A stretch of 64,000 bases of DNA from a virus (IMGVR_UViG_3300042549_004104:135353-199352); one strand, 5' to 3'. Shown: positions 27,479 to 37,667, numbered from the stretch's first letter. The notes: a model not told the origin generated them from the sequence alone. A program made the numbers and translations.

Positions 27479-27507
27479 ACTAGTATTAACTGATAAAGGA
27501 ACATCTA

Positions 27508-28779
27508 ATGAGTGAAGTAATTGGCAAACGTAAAAAGAATCGTAGTGATAAGTTTGATAAACTTATTGGACCTACTGACCCTAAGATTGACGCACTAGCA
27601 CGTGAACGATTAGTAGCGGCACGTATTGGTTTGTTGTTGCGTCATAGTTTCTTTGGCAATCTTGCTACCCGCATGAAATTAACTAATGCCGATGAATGGT
27701 GTGCAACAGCGGCAACAGACAGTGTAAAATTCTATTACAACAGTCGTTTCATTATGATGTTGAAGCCCAAAGAAGTTGAATTCTTGGTAGGTCATGAAGT
27801 GTTACACGTTGTGTATGACCATATGGGTCGTAGAAATGAACGTGATCCTCAAATATGGAACATTGCTGATGATTATACAGTCAATGCTGATTTGAAACGT
27901 CATGGTGTTGGTCAATTCATTACTACTGTTCCTTGCTTGTATGAAACAAAATATGATGGTAAACCTGCAGAAGAAATCTATGATGATTTGATGAAAAATG
28001 TGCAGAAAATTAACCTTGATGATTTGATTGACAAGTTGTTGGACGATCACATGGATGGTGACGGTGATGAGGATAGTGATGATGGCGATGGTGATAAAAA
28101 AGGTAAACGCCCTCGCATGAGTGCTGAGGAACGTGAACAAGCACGTCAGGAAATGAAACAAGCAATCATTCAGGCTGCACAAGGTGCTGAGGCAGGGACT
28201 ATTCCTAAAGGTGTTGAACGTCTTATCAAAGAGGTAACAGATCCTCAAATGCCCTGGCGTGAACTGATTCAAACTAACTTGACCAGTGCAATTCGCACAG
28301 ATTATTCTTGGATGCGTCCTTCACGTAGAGGTTGGCATATGGATGCTATTATGCCAGGTATGACACCAGGTGAAGAAATTGATGTTGTTGTTGCACTTGA
28401 TATGTCAGGTAGTATTAGCAATAAACAAGCACAAGCATTCTTAGGCGAGATCGGTGGAATGATGGATAGTTTTGATGGATACAAGGTACATATATTCTGT
28501 TTTGATACTGAAACATATAATCCACAAGATTTCTCAAGTGAGAACATGGACCGCATCGATGAGTACGAACCTCAAGGCGGTGGCGGTACTGACTTTGATT
28601 GTATCTTTGATTACTTGAAAGAAAATGCTATCGAACCTAATCGTTTGATTGTATTCACTGATGGATATCCTTTTGGTAGCTGGGGTGACCCTGACTATTG
28701 TGATACTACTTGGATCATTCATGGTGACAAGAACCCTAATCCCCCGTTCGGTCAATTTGCTATTTACGAGGAAAAATAA
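27508..28779 (+). CDS. Metallopeptidase-like plus VWA domain protein (DUF2201-like), MoxR partner
   Basis: GHEVLH (HExxH), acidic linker, DMSGS MIDAS, GGGGTDF, FTDG. Confidence 0.88.
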   Translation: MSEVIGKRKKNRSDKFDKLIGPTDPKIDALARERLVAARIGLLLRHSFFGNLATRMKLTNADEWCATAATDSVKFYYNSRFIMMLKPKEVEFLVGHEVLHVVYDHMGRRNERDPQIWNIADDYTVNADLKRHGVGQFITTVPCLYETKYDGKPAEEIYDDLMKNVQKINLDDLIDKLLDDHMDGDGDEDSDDGDGDKKGKRPRMSAEEREQARQEMKQAIIQAAQGAEAGTIPKGVERLIKEVTDPQMPWRELIQTNLTSAIRTDYSWMRPSRRGWHMDAIMPGMTPGEEIDVVVALDMSGSISNKQAQAFLGEIGGMMDSFDGYKVHIFCFDTETYNPQDFSSENMDRIDEYEPQGGGGTDFDCIFDYLKENAIEPNRLIVFTDGYPFGSWGDPDYCDTTWIIHGDKNPNPPFGQFAIYEEK

Positions 28780-28910
28780 TGGAAACTGTAACTTCTCTTG
28801 CTAATATTTTTGGTACACTATTCCTAATAGGAAGTGTTGCTGGTATCTTCTATGTGTTTTACAGATTGTTGAAGTATACCTTCACTACTGTAAAAAACAA
28901 CGATGATTAA
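28779..28910 (+). CDS. Small membrane peptide (43 aa)
   Basis: METVTSLANIFGTLFLIGSVAGIFYVFYRLLKYTFTTVKNNDD; TAATG overlap, GAGG RBS. Confidence 0.55.
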   Translation: METVTSLANIFGTLFLIGSVAGIFYVFYRLLKYTFTTVKNNDD

Positions 28911-28918
28911 AATTTAAT

Positions 28919-29329
28919 ATGCTATACATTGGCACTAGTCTTGGTGGATGCTTGCTTAGCCTTATAAGCGGTGAAGTGTCCGAGGATGAGGTTATGGTTA
29001 TCATAACTCGTACCAATGCACCTGATTATGATAAATTCATTAATGTAGTGAAAGCATATCATGCACAAGGTAATCCTTTTGCTAGTAATCCTGAACGATA
29101 TGAATTAGATGACTATAAGTTAGATGATTTGATTGACCTCGCAACCAGATTATGGAATAATGGTAAGATTCATCAACCTAGAAGTTTTATCGGATCTACT
29201 AGTTATAGACACCCATTTTATACTGGTTCTAAACTTTGGTTTCAAGTAGTACCTACTATTGAAAACACTACACCGGCAGTAGTAGACGCCTACGAAAAAT
29301 ACAAGATGTTGGATACATTGACTAAGTAA
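28919..29329 (+). CDS. Hypothetical protein
   Basis: 136-aa ORF; IGTSLGGC..GKIHQPR. Confidence 0.7.
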   Translation: MLYIGTSLGGCLLSLISGEVSEDEVMVIITRTNAPDYDKFINVVKAYHAQGNPFASNPERYELDDYKLDDLIDLATRLWNNGKIHQPRSFIGSTSYRHPFYTGSKLWFQVVPTIENTTPAVVDAYEKYKMLDTLTK

Positions 29330-29345
29330 AAAAAGGAGTATTTTT

Positions 29346-29456
29346 ATGGAAATATTGGATTTTTTATTCATGTCCGTTATGATAATTGCTATTATTGTAA
29401 TATTTGTTAAAATTTTAAATTATGCACTAAAAACAACCGTGGATGCTGATGATTAA
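29346..29456 (+). CDS. Small membrane peptide (36 aa)
   Basis: MEILDFLFMSVMIIAIIVIFVKILNYALKTTVDADD; AAGGAG RBS. Confidence 0.55.
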   Translation: MEILDFLFMSVMIIAIIVIFVKILNYALKTTVDADD

Positions 29457-29706
29457 TTTTGACGTTAATACTTTTTTTAGTACACGTGAGTTAGAAAATT
29501 GTCCACCACATTTTTTAAAAGCCAATACACCAATTAACAAAGAATCATTAATTTGGGTAAGAAATAAACTTAAAGGTAGATATTCATTGGTCCAGATCAG
29601 TAACACTGATTTAAATAATTTTATTTTTTCTCAAGTATTAAACATTTATTTTGAAGATCCTAGAGAAGCCACAATATATGAATTGCGGTGGTCGGGTACA
29701 AAATAA
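29443..29706 (+). CDS. Small protein, dispersed member of the 'LRW' family
   Basis: WVRNKLKGRY...FEDPREATIYELRW. Confidence 0.65.
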   Translation: MLMINFDVNTFFSTRELENCPPHFLKANTPINKESLIWVRNKLKGRYSLVQISNTDLNNFIFSQVLNIYFEDPREATIYELRWSGTK

Positions 29707-29760
29707 TTTTACACTCACTAAAATTTATATTAAATATCTTTATCCTATAGGAGATATTTT

Positions 29761-30420
29761 ATGAGTTTTTTAAGACATATTGGAAAAATTGGTGATCGCA
29801 AAGTTGCTATTGTTTTCCGCGAGATACCGGGTGAACCACATATGTGTTTAGTGGTACACACTGAATTACTAAACATGCACATACATGATCCACTCATGTC
29901 ATGCATTGAATCAGATATTGGGCAAAATAGCCAAAATCTAGCCGAAGCGATTAATCGCAGTTACACTAAGGATGGTAAACCCATTCTACAAGTTTTGCAC
30001 AGTCAAGGCTTGTTAAAGAAAGTACAAACATCACAAGTATTAGTTACTCCTTCGCCAAATACTAGAATTAAGTTAGATGAACTTAACAAAATGTTAGATG
30101 AAATGGAACAAGGAGAATCTGCGGTCAAACGTTTAGCTGAACTTGATGCTAGTCGTGGAATGCAAACCCCTGCTGATGTAGCACGTAGATTACGCGGTAA
30201 TTCAACCAGTGATTCACCTGTGGTGGCGGCACAAGATGGATTACTTGGTGATAATGTTCTTGCTAACAATTTACGTCAACAAGCTACTAAGATGGAAATG
30301 GAAGCAAAAGGTCTATTAGCAGAATCACAACGATTGTTAAAAGAAGCCGCTGAAATAGACCCAATTAAAGCAACAGCTAAGAAAAAGGCAGCGCCAAAGA
30401 AGGCTAAAGTAACAGCATAA
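29761..30420 (+). CDS. Conserved hypothetical phage protein
   Basis: 219 aa; late promoter TTAAATA and AGGAG RBS. Confidence 0.75.
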   Translation: MSFLRHIGKIGDRKVAIVFREIPGEPHMCLVVHTELLNMHIHDPLMSCIESDIGQNSQNLAEAINRSYTKDGKPILQVLHSQGLLKKVQTSQVLVTPSPNTRIKLDELNKMLDEMEQGESAVKRLAELDASRGMQTPADVARRLRGNSTSDSPVVAAQDGLLGDNVLANNLRQQATKMEMEAKGLLAESQRLLKEAAEIDPIKATAKKKAAPKKAKVTA

Positions 30421-30424
30421 GAAA

Positions 30425-30721
30425 ATGACACCTGAATACATCCGAAAGTGGGAACACATCCTTGAAGATGTTGAAAAGAGTAAAGTCCCGGTACAATTTA
30501 TTAAAAAAATTGTAGTACGTATGGTAGGCAAAAAACAGCATACAATTAACATACAAAATTTACTCAAACAGGGTTTGGATCCTGATGAAGTTGAAGAAGT
30601 GGTAAGCCGCAAACTAACTGAACTAGATCCGTTAATAACTAGCTTTGAATTTGTGTTAAATGTGGAGAGTATAGCAGAAGTTGTGCAACCACAGACAGAT
30701 AAATTACTGAACAAGTTATGA
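30425..30721 (+). CDS. Hypothetical protein
   Basis: 98-aa ORF in operon. Confidence 0.7.
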   Translation: MTPEYIRKWEHILEDVEKSKVPVQFIKKIVVRMVGKKQHTINIQNLLKQGLDPDEVEEVVSRKLTELDPLITSFEFVLNVESIAEVVQPQTDKLLNKL

Positions 30722-31170
30722 AACTTATTGTAGCATGTGATCCTAAAGGTGGTATAGGCTATGAAAACAAATTGCCCTGGAGTAACATCGAGGGCGATTT
30801 GCCAAGATTCAAGGCACTCACTACAGGTAAGGTAATAATTATGGGTCGCCATACTTATGAAAGTTTACCGATCAAACCATTACCAAACAGAATTAATATT
30901 GTTATTACTAGCAAAGTAATTGCTGATGTTCGTACCATGTCAAAAATAACTGTAAGAGATAGTATTTTTTATAAAGATGCTTGTATTATTGGTGGCGCAA
31001 AATTAATTAATACCCATTGGTGGTGTATTGACGAGATACATTTAACCAAGACATTTACCGAATACACTTGTGATAGTTTCATAGATTTGTTATACTTAGA
31101 AAAATTGTTCACTTTAGTATCAGAAGAAAACTTTAGTGACCATGTATATCAAATTTGGAAAAGAAAATGA
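30718..31170 (+). CDS. folA: Dihydrofolate reductase
   Basis: GIGYENKLPW, DLPRFK, IMGRHTYESL, LPNRINIV, IIGG. Confidence 0.93.
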   Translation: MKLIVACDPKGGIGYENKLPWSNIEGDLPRFKALTTGKVIIMGRHTYESLPIKPLPNRINIVITSKVIADVRTMSKITVRDSIFYKDACIIGGAKLINTHWWCIDEIHLTKTFTEYTCDSFIDLLYLEKLFTLVSEENFSDHVYQIWKRK

Positions 31171-32078
31171 AGCAATACCTAGAATTACTAAAAGATATTT
31201 TAGATAATGGAGAAATAAAAGATGATAGAACTGGCGTTGGGACTATTAGTGTTTTTGGACGTAATCTTCGCTTTGATTTGCGTAGGGGTTTTCCAAGTGT
31301 CACTACCAAGAAGTTGGCATGGAAAGCCTGTGTCGGTGAACTACTCTGGTTCATCGAAGGCTCGCAGGACGAGAGGCGCCTCGCGGAGATTACGCATGGC
31401 AGCAAAGAAGGCACCGTAACAATATGGACACCCAATGCATTTGCAAGTTATTGGAAAAATAAAGCTGAATACGAAGGTGATCTGGGAAGAGTATATGGAG
31501 TACAATGGCGGCACTGGCAAACACCAGTAATACACAAAACAGAAACATTTAAAGATGACTTCGGTAATGATTACAATCGCCATGGCAGTGTACACATTAA
31601 AGAAACTGACCAATTAAAAAATTTACTTGATGGATTGGTTAAAGATCCAAACGGTCGTAGACACATAATCAGTGCATGGAATGCAGGTGAATTAGACCAA
31701 ATGGCATTGCCACCGTGTCATGTAATGAGTCAATTCTATGTCAACAAAAATAAAGAACTCTCTTGTCATATGTACCAGCGTAGCGTGGATGTGTTTCTTG
31801 GCTTACCTTTTAACATTGCTAGCTATGCGTTACTCACTCATTTGATTGCACACCACTGTGGATACAAAGTAGGTGAATTAATTATAAGCACAGGTGATAC
31901 ACATATCTACACAGACCATGTTGAACAAGTTAAAGAGCAACTAAATCGTGAACCCTATTCATTGCCAACACTAATGCTGAATACACAGAAAAATAACATC
32001 TTTGAAATGACTATGGATGACATATACTTAGATGGTTACAAAAGTCACGATGCGATTAAGGCAAAAATGGCAGTGTAA
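31167..32078 (+). CDS. thyA: Thymidylate synthase (ThyA)
   Basis: DRTGVGT, ELLWF, MALPPCH, YQRSVDVFLGLPFNIASY, GDTHIY. Confidence 0.96.
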   Translation: MKQYLELLKDILDNGEIKDDRTGVGTISVFGRNLRFDLRRGFPSVTTKKLAWKACVGELLWFIEGSQDERRLAEITHGSKEGTVTIWTPNAFASYWKNKAEYEGDLGRVYGVQWRHWQTPVIHKTETFKDDFGNDYNRHGSVHIKETDQLKNLLDGLVKDPNGRRHIISAWNAGELDQMALPPCHVMSQFYVNKNKELSCHMYQRSVDVFLGLPFNIASYALLTHLIAHHCGYKVGELIISTGDTHIYTDHVEQVKEQLNREPYSLPTLMLNTQKNNIFEMTMDDIYLDGYKSHDAIKAKMAV

Positions 32079-32335
32079 TGTCAACTTATATCGAAACAGA
32101 AAACATCGAAATTATTGCACATAAATTTAATATGGGTGATGTTGAAGATCCAGACTTATGGGCGTCTGATTCACTGTGGAAGTGGGAAAACACTACAGTA
32201 GGACAATGGTGTATGAAAAATTCTAATCCTACACCAACATGGTATAGAATTCCGTGTGATTATGGATGGCAATATCAAATTAGAATATATCTTACACCCA
32301 AACAGTTAACCTATTATAGACTTAAATTTGATTGA
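32078..32335 (+). CDS. Small hypothetical protein (possible distant 'LRW' family member)
   Basis: GDVEDPDLWA..GQWCMKN..LTYYRLKF. Confidence 0.65.
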   Translation: MSTYIETENIEIIAHKFNMGDVEDPDLWASDSLWKWENTTVGQWCMKNSNPTPTWYRIPCDYGWQYQIRIYLTPKQLTYYRLKFD

Positions 32336-32573
32336 TGAACCGTCATTTTTGTTTGGAAAACCAATATCATTTTATGTAAAATGGAGTGGTACTTTTTTCG
32401 CATTATTAACGGTATATTTGACAAGCCATGACATTGTACCTCTTAACAAGTATATAGGTACATTTACTGCTGTACTTTGGTTATGGTTAGGTGTATTATG
32501 GAAACAACCTAGTATGTGGATTTTGAATATTATTATGGTAGCACTTTATATAAAAGGAATTTTAGGAATATGA
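32328..32573 (+). CDS. Small multi-pass membrane protein
   Basis: Three hydrophobic segments. Confidence 0.6.
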   Translation: MIDEPSFLFGKPISFYVKWSGTFFALLTVYLTSHDIVPLNKYIGTFTAVLWLWLGVLWKQPSMWILNIIMVALYIKGILGI

Positions 32574-32923
32574 ATATTGAACAAGTTATAGTTGCAAATG
32601 CATCATCTTTATTTTTAATAGGTATCACATATCATCTTACTGGATGGAACAACATTCGTGAGTGTTACAAAATGTGGTTTACTAAAGAATACTGGGATCA
32701 TTCATATAATATAGTAGAGGCTTTAAGTTGGTTAGCAAAAGCACTTATTATTATTCCTGGATTGATATTTGGTATTCAAATTTGGCAATTGTATTTTTTA
32801 ACACTAGCAACAAGTTTAACATTGATTTGGGCTAGCAACAAAAAACTACTCCCTACATTAGTAGCATTCAATACAATGTGGGCATGGCTAAGTCTAATGG
32901 TAATTGCACAGAGGGTAGTATGA
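32570..32923 (+). CDS. Membrane protein
   Basis: Several hydrophobic segments; start at ATG 32570. Confidence 0.6.
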   Translation: MNIEQVIVANASSLFLIGITYHLTGWNNIRECYKMWFTKEYWDHSYNIVEALSWLAKALIIIPGLIFGIQIWQLYFLTLATSLTLIWASNKKLLPTLVAFNTMWAWLSLMVIAQRVV

Positions 32924-33885
32924 ACATTTTAGTAACAGGTGGATTAGGACTGATTGGTCACAATGTAGTTAAACGTCTACAGGATCAAGGTCATATTGTT
33001 TCTATTATAGATACAAAAACAAACTATGGAATAATTCCGCAAGAAGAAATTGACTATCTAATGTATCATCGTTTGAAAAAGATAGATGAATATAAATGTG
33101 CAGTTTATAAAAAAGATATTTCAGATAAGGGTGATGTTGAAGCTATATTTCAGATTGAAGAACCTGAGATTGTAATTCACATGGCTAGTTTTCCTAGACA
33201 GAAAGTTGTAAATGCGAACCCAGCGTTGGGTAGTCGTACTATGAGTGAGGGTTTACTCAATTTATTGGAAACCAGCGATAAATATGAAGTAAGGAAGTTT
33301 ATCTATATCAGTAGTTCAATGGTATATGGAGATTTTACTGATGATGTTACAGAAGATGCCATCTGTAAACCTCAAGGACAATATGGCATTATGAAATTAG
33401 CAGGAGAATGGCTTGTTAGAGATTATAGTCGTAGAACTAACCTTGTGCATACTATCATTCGTCCTAGTGCTGTTTATGGACCTCTGGATGTGGAAGATAG
33501 AGTGATAAGTAAATTTTTGATTACCGCAATGCGCGGAGAAACTATCAAAGTTAACGGAGAAACAGAAACACTGGATTTTACGTATGTAGATGATGCCGCA
33601 GATGGCATTGTGTCCGCCTCACTGAGTGATAATACAGAAAACAAAACATATAATATAACAAAAAGTCACAGTGTCACCCTATTAGAAGCCGCACGTATGG
33701 CATTGGAATTAGTAGGGGGCGGGAGTTTATTAGTGGGGGACAAAGACCCGGACTTTCCTAGCAGGGGAAGATTGAATATTGATGCAGCCAGACGTGATTT
33801 TGGATTTGACCCTAAAGTTGACGTAGCTGAGGGTTTTAAAATTTACTATAATTGGTTAAAGTCATCTTCATATTTTAATAAATAG
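32920..33885 (+). CDS. NAD-dependent nucleotide-sugar epimerase/dehydratase
   Basis: ILVTGGLGLIG, ISSSMVYG, YGIMK (YxxxK), DFTYVDD. Confidence 0.92.
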   Translation: MNILVTGGLGLIGHNVVKRLQDQGHIVSIIDTKTNYGIIPQEEIDYLMYHRLKKIDEYKCAVYKKDISDKGDVEAIFQIEEPEIVIHMASFPRQKVVNANPALGSRTMSEGLLNLLETSDKYEVRKFIYISSSMVYGDFTDDVTEDAICKPQGQYGIMKLAGEWLVRDYSRRTNLVHTIIRPSAVYGPLDVEDRVISKFLITAMRGETIKVNGETETLDFTYVDDAADGIVSASLSDNTENKTYNITKSHSVTLLEAARMALELVGGGSLLVGDKDPDFPSRGRLNIDAARRDFGFDPKVDVAEGFKIYYNWLKSSSYFNK

Positions 33886-33889
33886 TAGT

Positions 33890-34336
33890 ATGTTTATATT
33901 ATCAATTTTACCGGAATGGGTCTTTCATGCAATAACAATTGCAGGTATACTGGGAACAGTAGTAGGATTTGTTCTAGGTATGATCCCAGTAATCAAAACA
34001 TACATCATTCCTATTCGTGTCATTAGCATTCTATTATTATCTTTTGGATTATTCTTAGAGGGCGGATTAGCAGACTATAAAGCATGGGAACTTAGAGTAA
34101 AAGAAGTTGAAGCTAAACTAGCAGAAGCAGAATTAAAAAGTGCCAAAGAGAATACAAAAATTGTCACCAAAGTAATTACAAAAACTCAGATTGTAAAAAC
34201 TAGAGGTCAAGATATTGTAAGATATGTTGACCGTGAAATTGTCAAATATGATGAGAAGTTTGCTAAAGGTGGGATTTGTGAAATCCCTAAAGAGTTTATC
34301 AAAGCACACAATGATGCGGCAGAGGCAATAAAATGA
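33890..34336 (+). CDS. Rz-like inner-membrane spanin
   Basis: N-terminal TM helices, coiled coil, C-terminal CEIP..HNDAA; overlaps a lipoprotein gene. Confidence 0.65.
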   Translation: MFILSILPEWVFHAITIAGILGTVVGFVLGMIPVIKTYIIPIRVISILLLSFGLFLEGGLADYKAWELRVKEVEAKLAEAELKSAKENTKIVTKVITKTQIVKTRGQDIVRYVDREIVKYDEKFAKGGICEIPKEFIKAHNDAAEAIK

Positions 34337-34599
34337 GATTATTAAACATTCTATTATTGACAACCCTAGTTGGTTGTGCAACAGCAGTACCAGTAACTGC
34401 TAAATTCCCGGAAGTCCCAGAAAGATTATTAGTAAGATGTCCTCAATTAGAAAAATTAGGAAACGAAGCAAAGTTGTCCGACATAAGTAAGACAGTTACA
34501 ATAAACTATACCACTTACTATGAATGTGCTGTTAAGCACGATGCATTCGTAGAGTGGTATAAGATTCAAAAAGAGATTTTTGATAAAGCTGGTAAGTAA
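34333..34599 (+). CDS. Rz1-like outer-membrane lipoprotein spanin
   Basis: Lipobox LVGC, Pro-rich FPEVPERLLVRCP, YYECAVKH. Confidence 0.7.
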   Translation: MRLLNILLLTTLVGCATAVPVTAKFPEVPERLLVRCPQLEKLGNEAKLSDISKTVTINYTTYYECAVKHDAFVEWYKIQKEIFDKAGK

Positions 34600-35415
34600 T
34601 TAATCAGCCTTATTCTTGCATTTCGCACGTTTGGCGTTGGTTAGTGCGCCATAATCAACTGGCCATTCTTTTCCCGGCTGCACTTCTGTAGCATTTTTAG
34701 GGAAAGCATAAGTTACCCCTGCTCGTTTCTGTATATCAGCAACTGACACACGGAACTTAGTCAAATCATTACCTAAGTTAACATATGGTTTAGTATGCGG
34801 GAACACCCATCCTGCAACTTGTCCTGTAGTTTGATTGATTACAATCTTGTAATAAGCATGCGGTACAATAACCCCTTTACCGATAGTCAAATCACCAGCG
34901 CCATACATAGCTCCAACGTATACTGTAAGAGGCTGGTTCAACTGCACAGCCCATCCCCTGACACTTGTTTCTAATAATTTCCAGATTCCACGGTTTAAAC
35001 TGCCGTGCTGGGGATACATGTTTGTCATTAAAAAACTTTCGTACTCTACGATTTCACTCCAACTTAAGTCACCATCGGGAACTGCGTGACCTTTGTCGTA
35101 TCCTGTACCAGCATAGTCATCAGGAACTGCACCACCTACGATACTCTTATCAGCGACAAATGCATTAGTACGTGGCCAGCAACCTATTGCATTCTTAGGT
35201 AATAATGTGTATGCAACATATGCGGGGATTTTAACTGGTGCATCGTATGCTACCAAATATGCTTCTCTACAAATAGGCAGTGCCTTACGTGCAGTTTGTG
35301 CAAATCCATATGGGCTATGAACTTGACAACTTTGTACGGGTAAGGGAGGTCTTTGCTCCCAAGAAAAAACACTTGTTGACACCAAAAGTAATACCAACGT
35401 CAAAAATTTACGCAT
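34600..35415 (-). CDS. DNA/RNA non-specific endonuclease (NucA/EndoG family), secreted
   Basis: Signal peptide; GYDKGH, TNMYPQ..LNRGIWKLLE, VPHAYYK. Confidence 0.9.
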   Translation of the reverse strand: MRKFLTLVLLLVSTSVFSWEQRPPLPVQSCQVHSPYGFAQTARKALPICREAYLVAYDAPVKIPAYVAYTLLPKNAIGCWPRTNAFVADKSIVGGAVPDDYAGTGYDKGHAVPDGDLSWSEIVEYESFLMTNMYPQHGSLNRGIWKLLETSVRGWAVQLNQPLTVYVGAMYGAGDLTIGKGVIVPHAYYKIVINQTTGQVAGWVFPHTKPYVNLGNDLTKFRVSVADIQKRAGVTYAFPKNATEVQPGKEWPVDYGALTNAKRAKCKNKAD

Positions 35416-35498
35416 ATTTGTCTCCTAAATATACATATATTTATGTTACGTCCCAATAATTTTCTTTGCGATAAATATACTATAAGTGGGATAAAATA

Positions 35499-36281
35499 AT
35501 GGCGATAACAACAGCAAATATTGATATTGGTGACTTACCGAACGACGGCACCGGTGATCCGTTACGTACCGCGTTTGAAAAGATTAATGAAAACTTTTTA
35601 GATTTAGTAGGTGCGTTACCGGAAGGTCCTAACGGCTCATTTCAATTTAATGATAATGGTAACAGTTTAGGTACTGCTAATTTTGTTTACGTTTCTAGTA
35701 ATAATGTCATCCAATTAGGTTCAAATATTGCTCCTATATCTAATATTACAATCGGAACATCGTCAAATACTATTGCAGGGTTATATTTAGGAAATACTAG
35801 TTTAAAACTAGGAAATGTTTCAATAAACGAATCAAATAATACGATTAGTTTCCCTTTAACTGCTTTACCTTCAGTTAAAGCAAACATAGCAGTAAATAAT
35901 TTAACTACTGACGGAAATGTAAATGTCGGTGATACATTAGTAGTAGGTGGAACAACAACCAGGACTGTTCAAGCTATAACTACGACTAATACAATAAATC
36001 AACCTGTTGTGAGTATATCCGAAGACGATATTAGTACAGGTACTTTTAAAATTAATAGCAGAGAAAATTCTTCTAATAATAGTCAAAGTGCAACAATAGT
36101 AGGATACAAAAGTAATAATGGATTAGGTGTCAAATATGTTGTATCTGGGACAATTTTTATAGGTACCCCGTTAACCAACTACAATGTTGCGTTAGATGGC
36201 TATGGAAATATTGCATTAATGGTTAGTCCTTTTTTAAATACAACAATAACTCATACAATAAATTATGAAGTGACAGTATAA
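35499..36281 (+). CDS. Baseplate/tail protein with gp9/gp10-like N-terminus
   Basis: IDIGDLPNDGTGDPLRTAFEKINENF. Confidence 0.8.
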   Translation: MAITTANIDIGDLPNDGTGDPLRTAFEKINENFLDLVGALPEGPNGSFQFNDNGNSLGTANFVYVSSNNVIQLGSNIAPISNITIGTSSNTIAGLYLGNTSLKLGNVSINESNNTISFPLTALPSVKANIAVNNLTTDGNVNVGDTLVVGGTTTRTVQAITTTNTINQPVVSISEDDISTGTFKINSRENSSNNSQSATIVGYKSNNGLGVKYVVSGTIFIGTPLTNYNVALDGYGNIALMVSPFLNTTITHTINYEVTV

Positions 36282-36282
36282 C

Positions 36283-36654
36283 ATGAGAGCAAACGAATTT
36301 ATATCAGAAGGCAAAAAAGCCAAAATAACCAATCGTCAAGGACGATCTAGTGTTGGATTAGATTTGTTCAGAGACCAGGAATTTGCAGACCGTGTTTATG
36401 AATTAAATCGTGTAATGATGGCGGTTGCTATGTCTGACGGCACTAATCCTATTAATATTGATGCAGAATCATGGTCAGGTAGAGAAAATGTTGCCGCACC
36501 TTATAGTTCAATCGAACAAAAAATGTTAACTCAAGCATTTAAAGCAGTTGGGTCAACACATCAAGACCTTACTAAAGGTGATTTACGTAGTCAAGAAGTG
36601 CCCGATACTTATACTACAAGTCCTGTACAGGGATTCAAGGGTTTTAAGAAATAA
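36283..36654 (+). CDS. Putative head-internal protein
   Basis: N-terminal MRANEFISE resembles the T4 capsid-targeting sequence. Confidence 0.55.
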   Translation: MRANEFISEGKKAKITNRQGRSSVGLDLFRDQEFADRVYELNRVMMAVAMSDGTNPINIDAESWSGRENVAAPYSSIEQKMLTQAFKAVGSTHQDLTKGDLRSQEVPDTYTTSPVQGFKGFKK

Positions 36655-36702
36655 ATCACACCCGTTTTCTACGAATAAGTATGTATTATTTGTAGGAAAT
36701 AC

Positions 36703-37389
36703 ATGATAGACATAAACAAAACCCTCGATATCGTCAAGTTAAAGTTTTACAACGAATGGATATACTCTCATATCTATGACGAAGGCGAAACTGATTTACA
36801 TAAAAAAATTACAAGCGAAGTCACTAAAACTTACGTTGATCCTTTAAACTTATCTAAAGATAGTAAGATTTTAAACATAGGTTGCGGCGTAGGCTATTTC
36901 TTAGATGAGATGAAGTCTCGTGGATACACTGATGTTACAGGAATAACACTAAGTGAAACAAACGCAGAATATTGTGTCAAAAAAGGACTCAATGCTAAAA
37001 TTTATGATCCTGCTTTTTTACCTCATGCAGACGGGTTTATAGATGAAGGTACTAATTTTATTTTTGCAAGACATATATTACATCATAGTCCATATCCAAT
37101 ATTTAATTTAATAGAGTACAATAGATTGTTGGAGTTAAAAGGTAAACTTTATATTGAAGTCCCTGTTCCAGATTGTGAACGCAAACACGAATATACCGCA
37201 AACCATTATAGTATTTTTGGTGCTCCAATGTTAAACGCATTATTACAGCGTACCGGATTTAAAATTGAGAAATTCAATGACATTGAATTTGATATCAATG
37301 CAACTTTAACAGACGGAACAGAAACTGCAATTAAAGAAAAATATTATTGTATCTTAGCTACAAAGATTACTCCATTGGATATCAAATAA
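36703..37389 (+). CDS. Class I SAM-dependent methyltransferase
   Basis: ILNIGCGVG motif I, ARHILHH, LYIEVP. Confidence 0.85.
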   Translation: MIDINKTLDIVKLKFYNEWIYSHIYDEGETDLHKKITSEVTKTYVDPLNLSKDSKILNIGCGVGYFLDEMKSRGYTDVTGITLSETNAEYCVKKGLNAKIYDPAFLPHADGFIDEGTNFIFARHILHHSPYPIFNLIEYNRLLELKGKLYIEVPVPDCERKHEYTANHYSIFGAPMLNALLQRTGFKIEKFNDIEFDINATLTDGTETAIKEKYYCILATKITPLDIK

Positions 37390-37396
37390 ATATGTT

Positions 37397-37663
37397 ATGA
37401 CCTTTGATGTTTGGAAACAAAGTAGCTTAATGAACGGTCTGTCTAAAATGCAGGCCGTTCCTACACAGGCTCCCATTGACAACCTAGATGATTTGAAAAG
37501 ATTAGCTGGAATCAATACTAGTATGGGCGAAGAAATGAGCGAACAAGGTACTAATTTAGGTCAGATTCAACGTGAACGTAACATTCAACCCGGTACAGAT
37601 GAGTGGTTCCGTTTGTGGTTTGCTCTTCCGAAACTGACCGGAGAGACACCCTACGATAAATAA
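37397..37663 (+). CDS. Hypothetical virion-associated protein
   Basis: DLKRLAGI, IQPGTDEWFRLWF. Confidence 0.65.
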   Translation: MTFDVWKQSSLMNGLSKMQAVPTQAPIDNLDDLKRLAGINTSMGEEMSEQGTNLGQIQRERNIQPGTDEWFRLWFALPKLTGETPYDK

Positions 37664-37667
37664 TAGT

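Noticed and set aside
31155-32078. thyA as a base-modifying hydroxymethylase or intron/intein host
   Set aside because: Canonical PCH and PFNIASY (Asn, dUMP-specific) motifs; uninterrupted ORF with only a short in-frame loop insertion.
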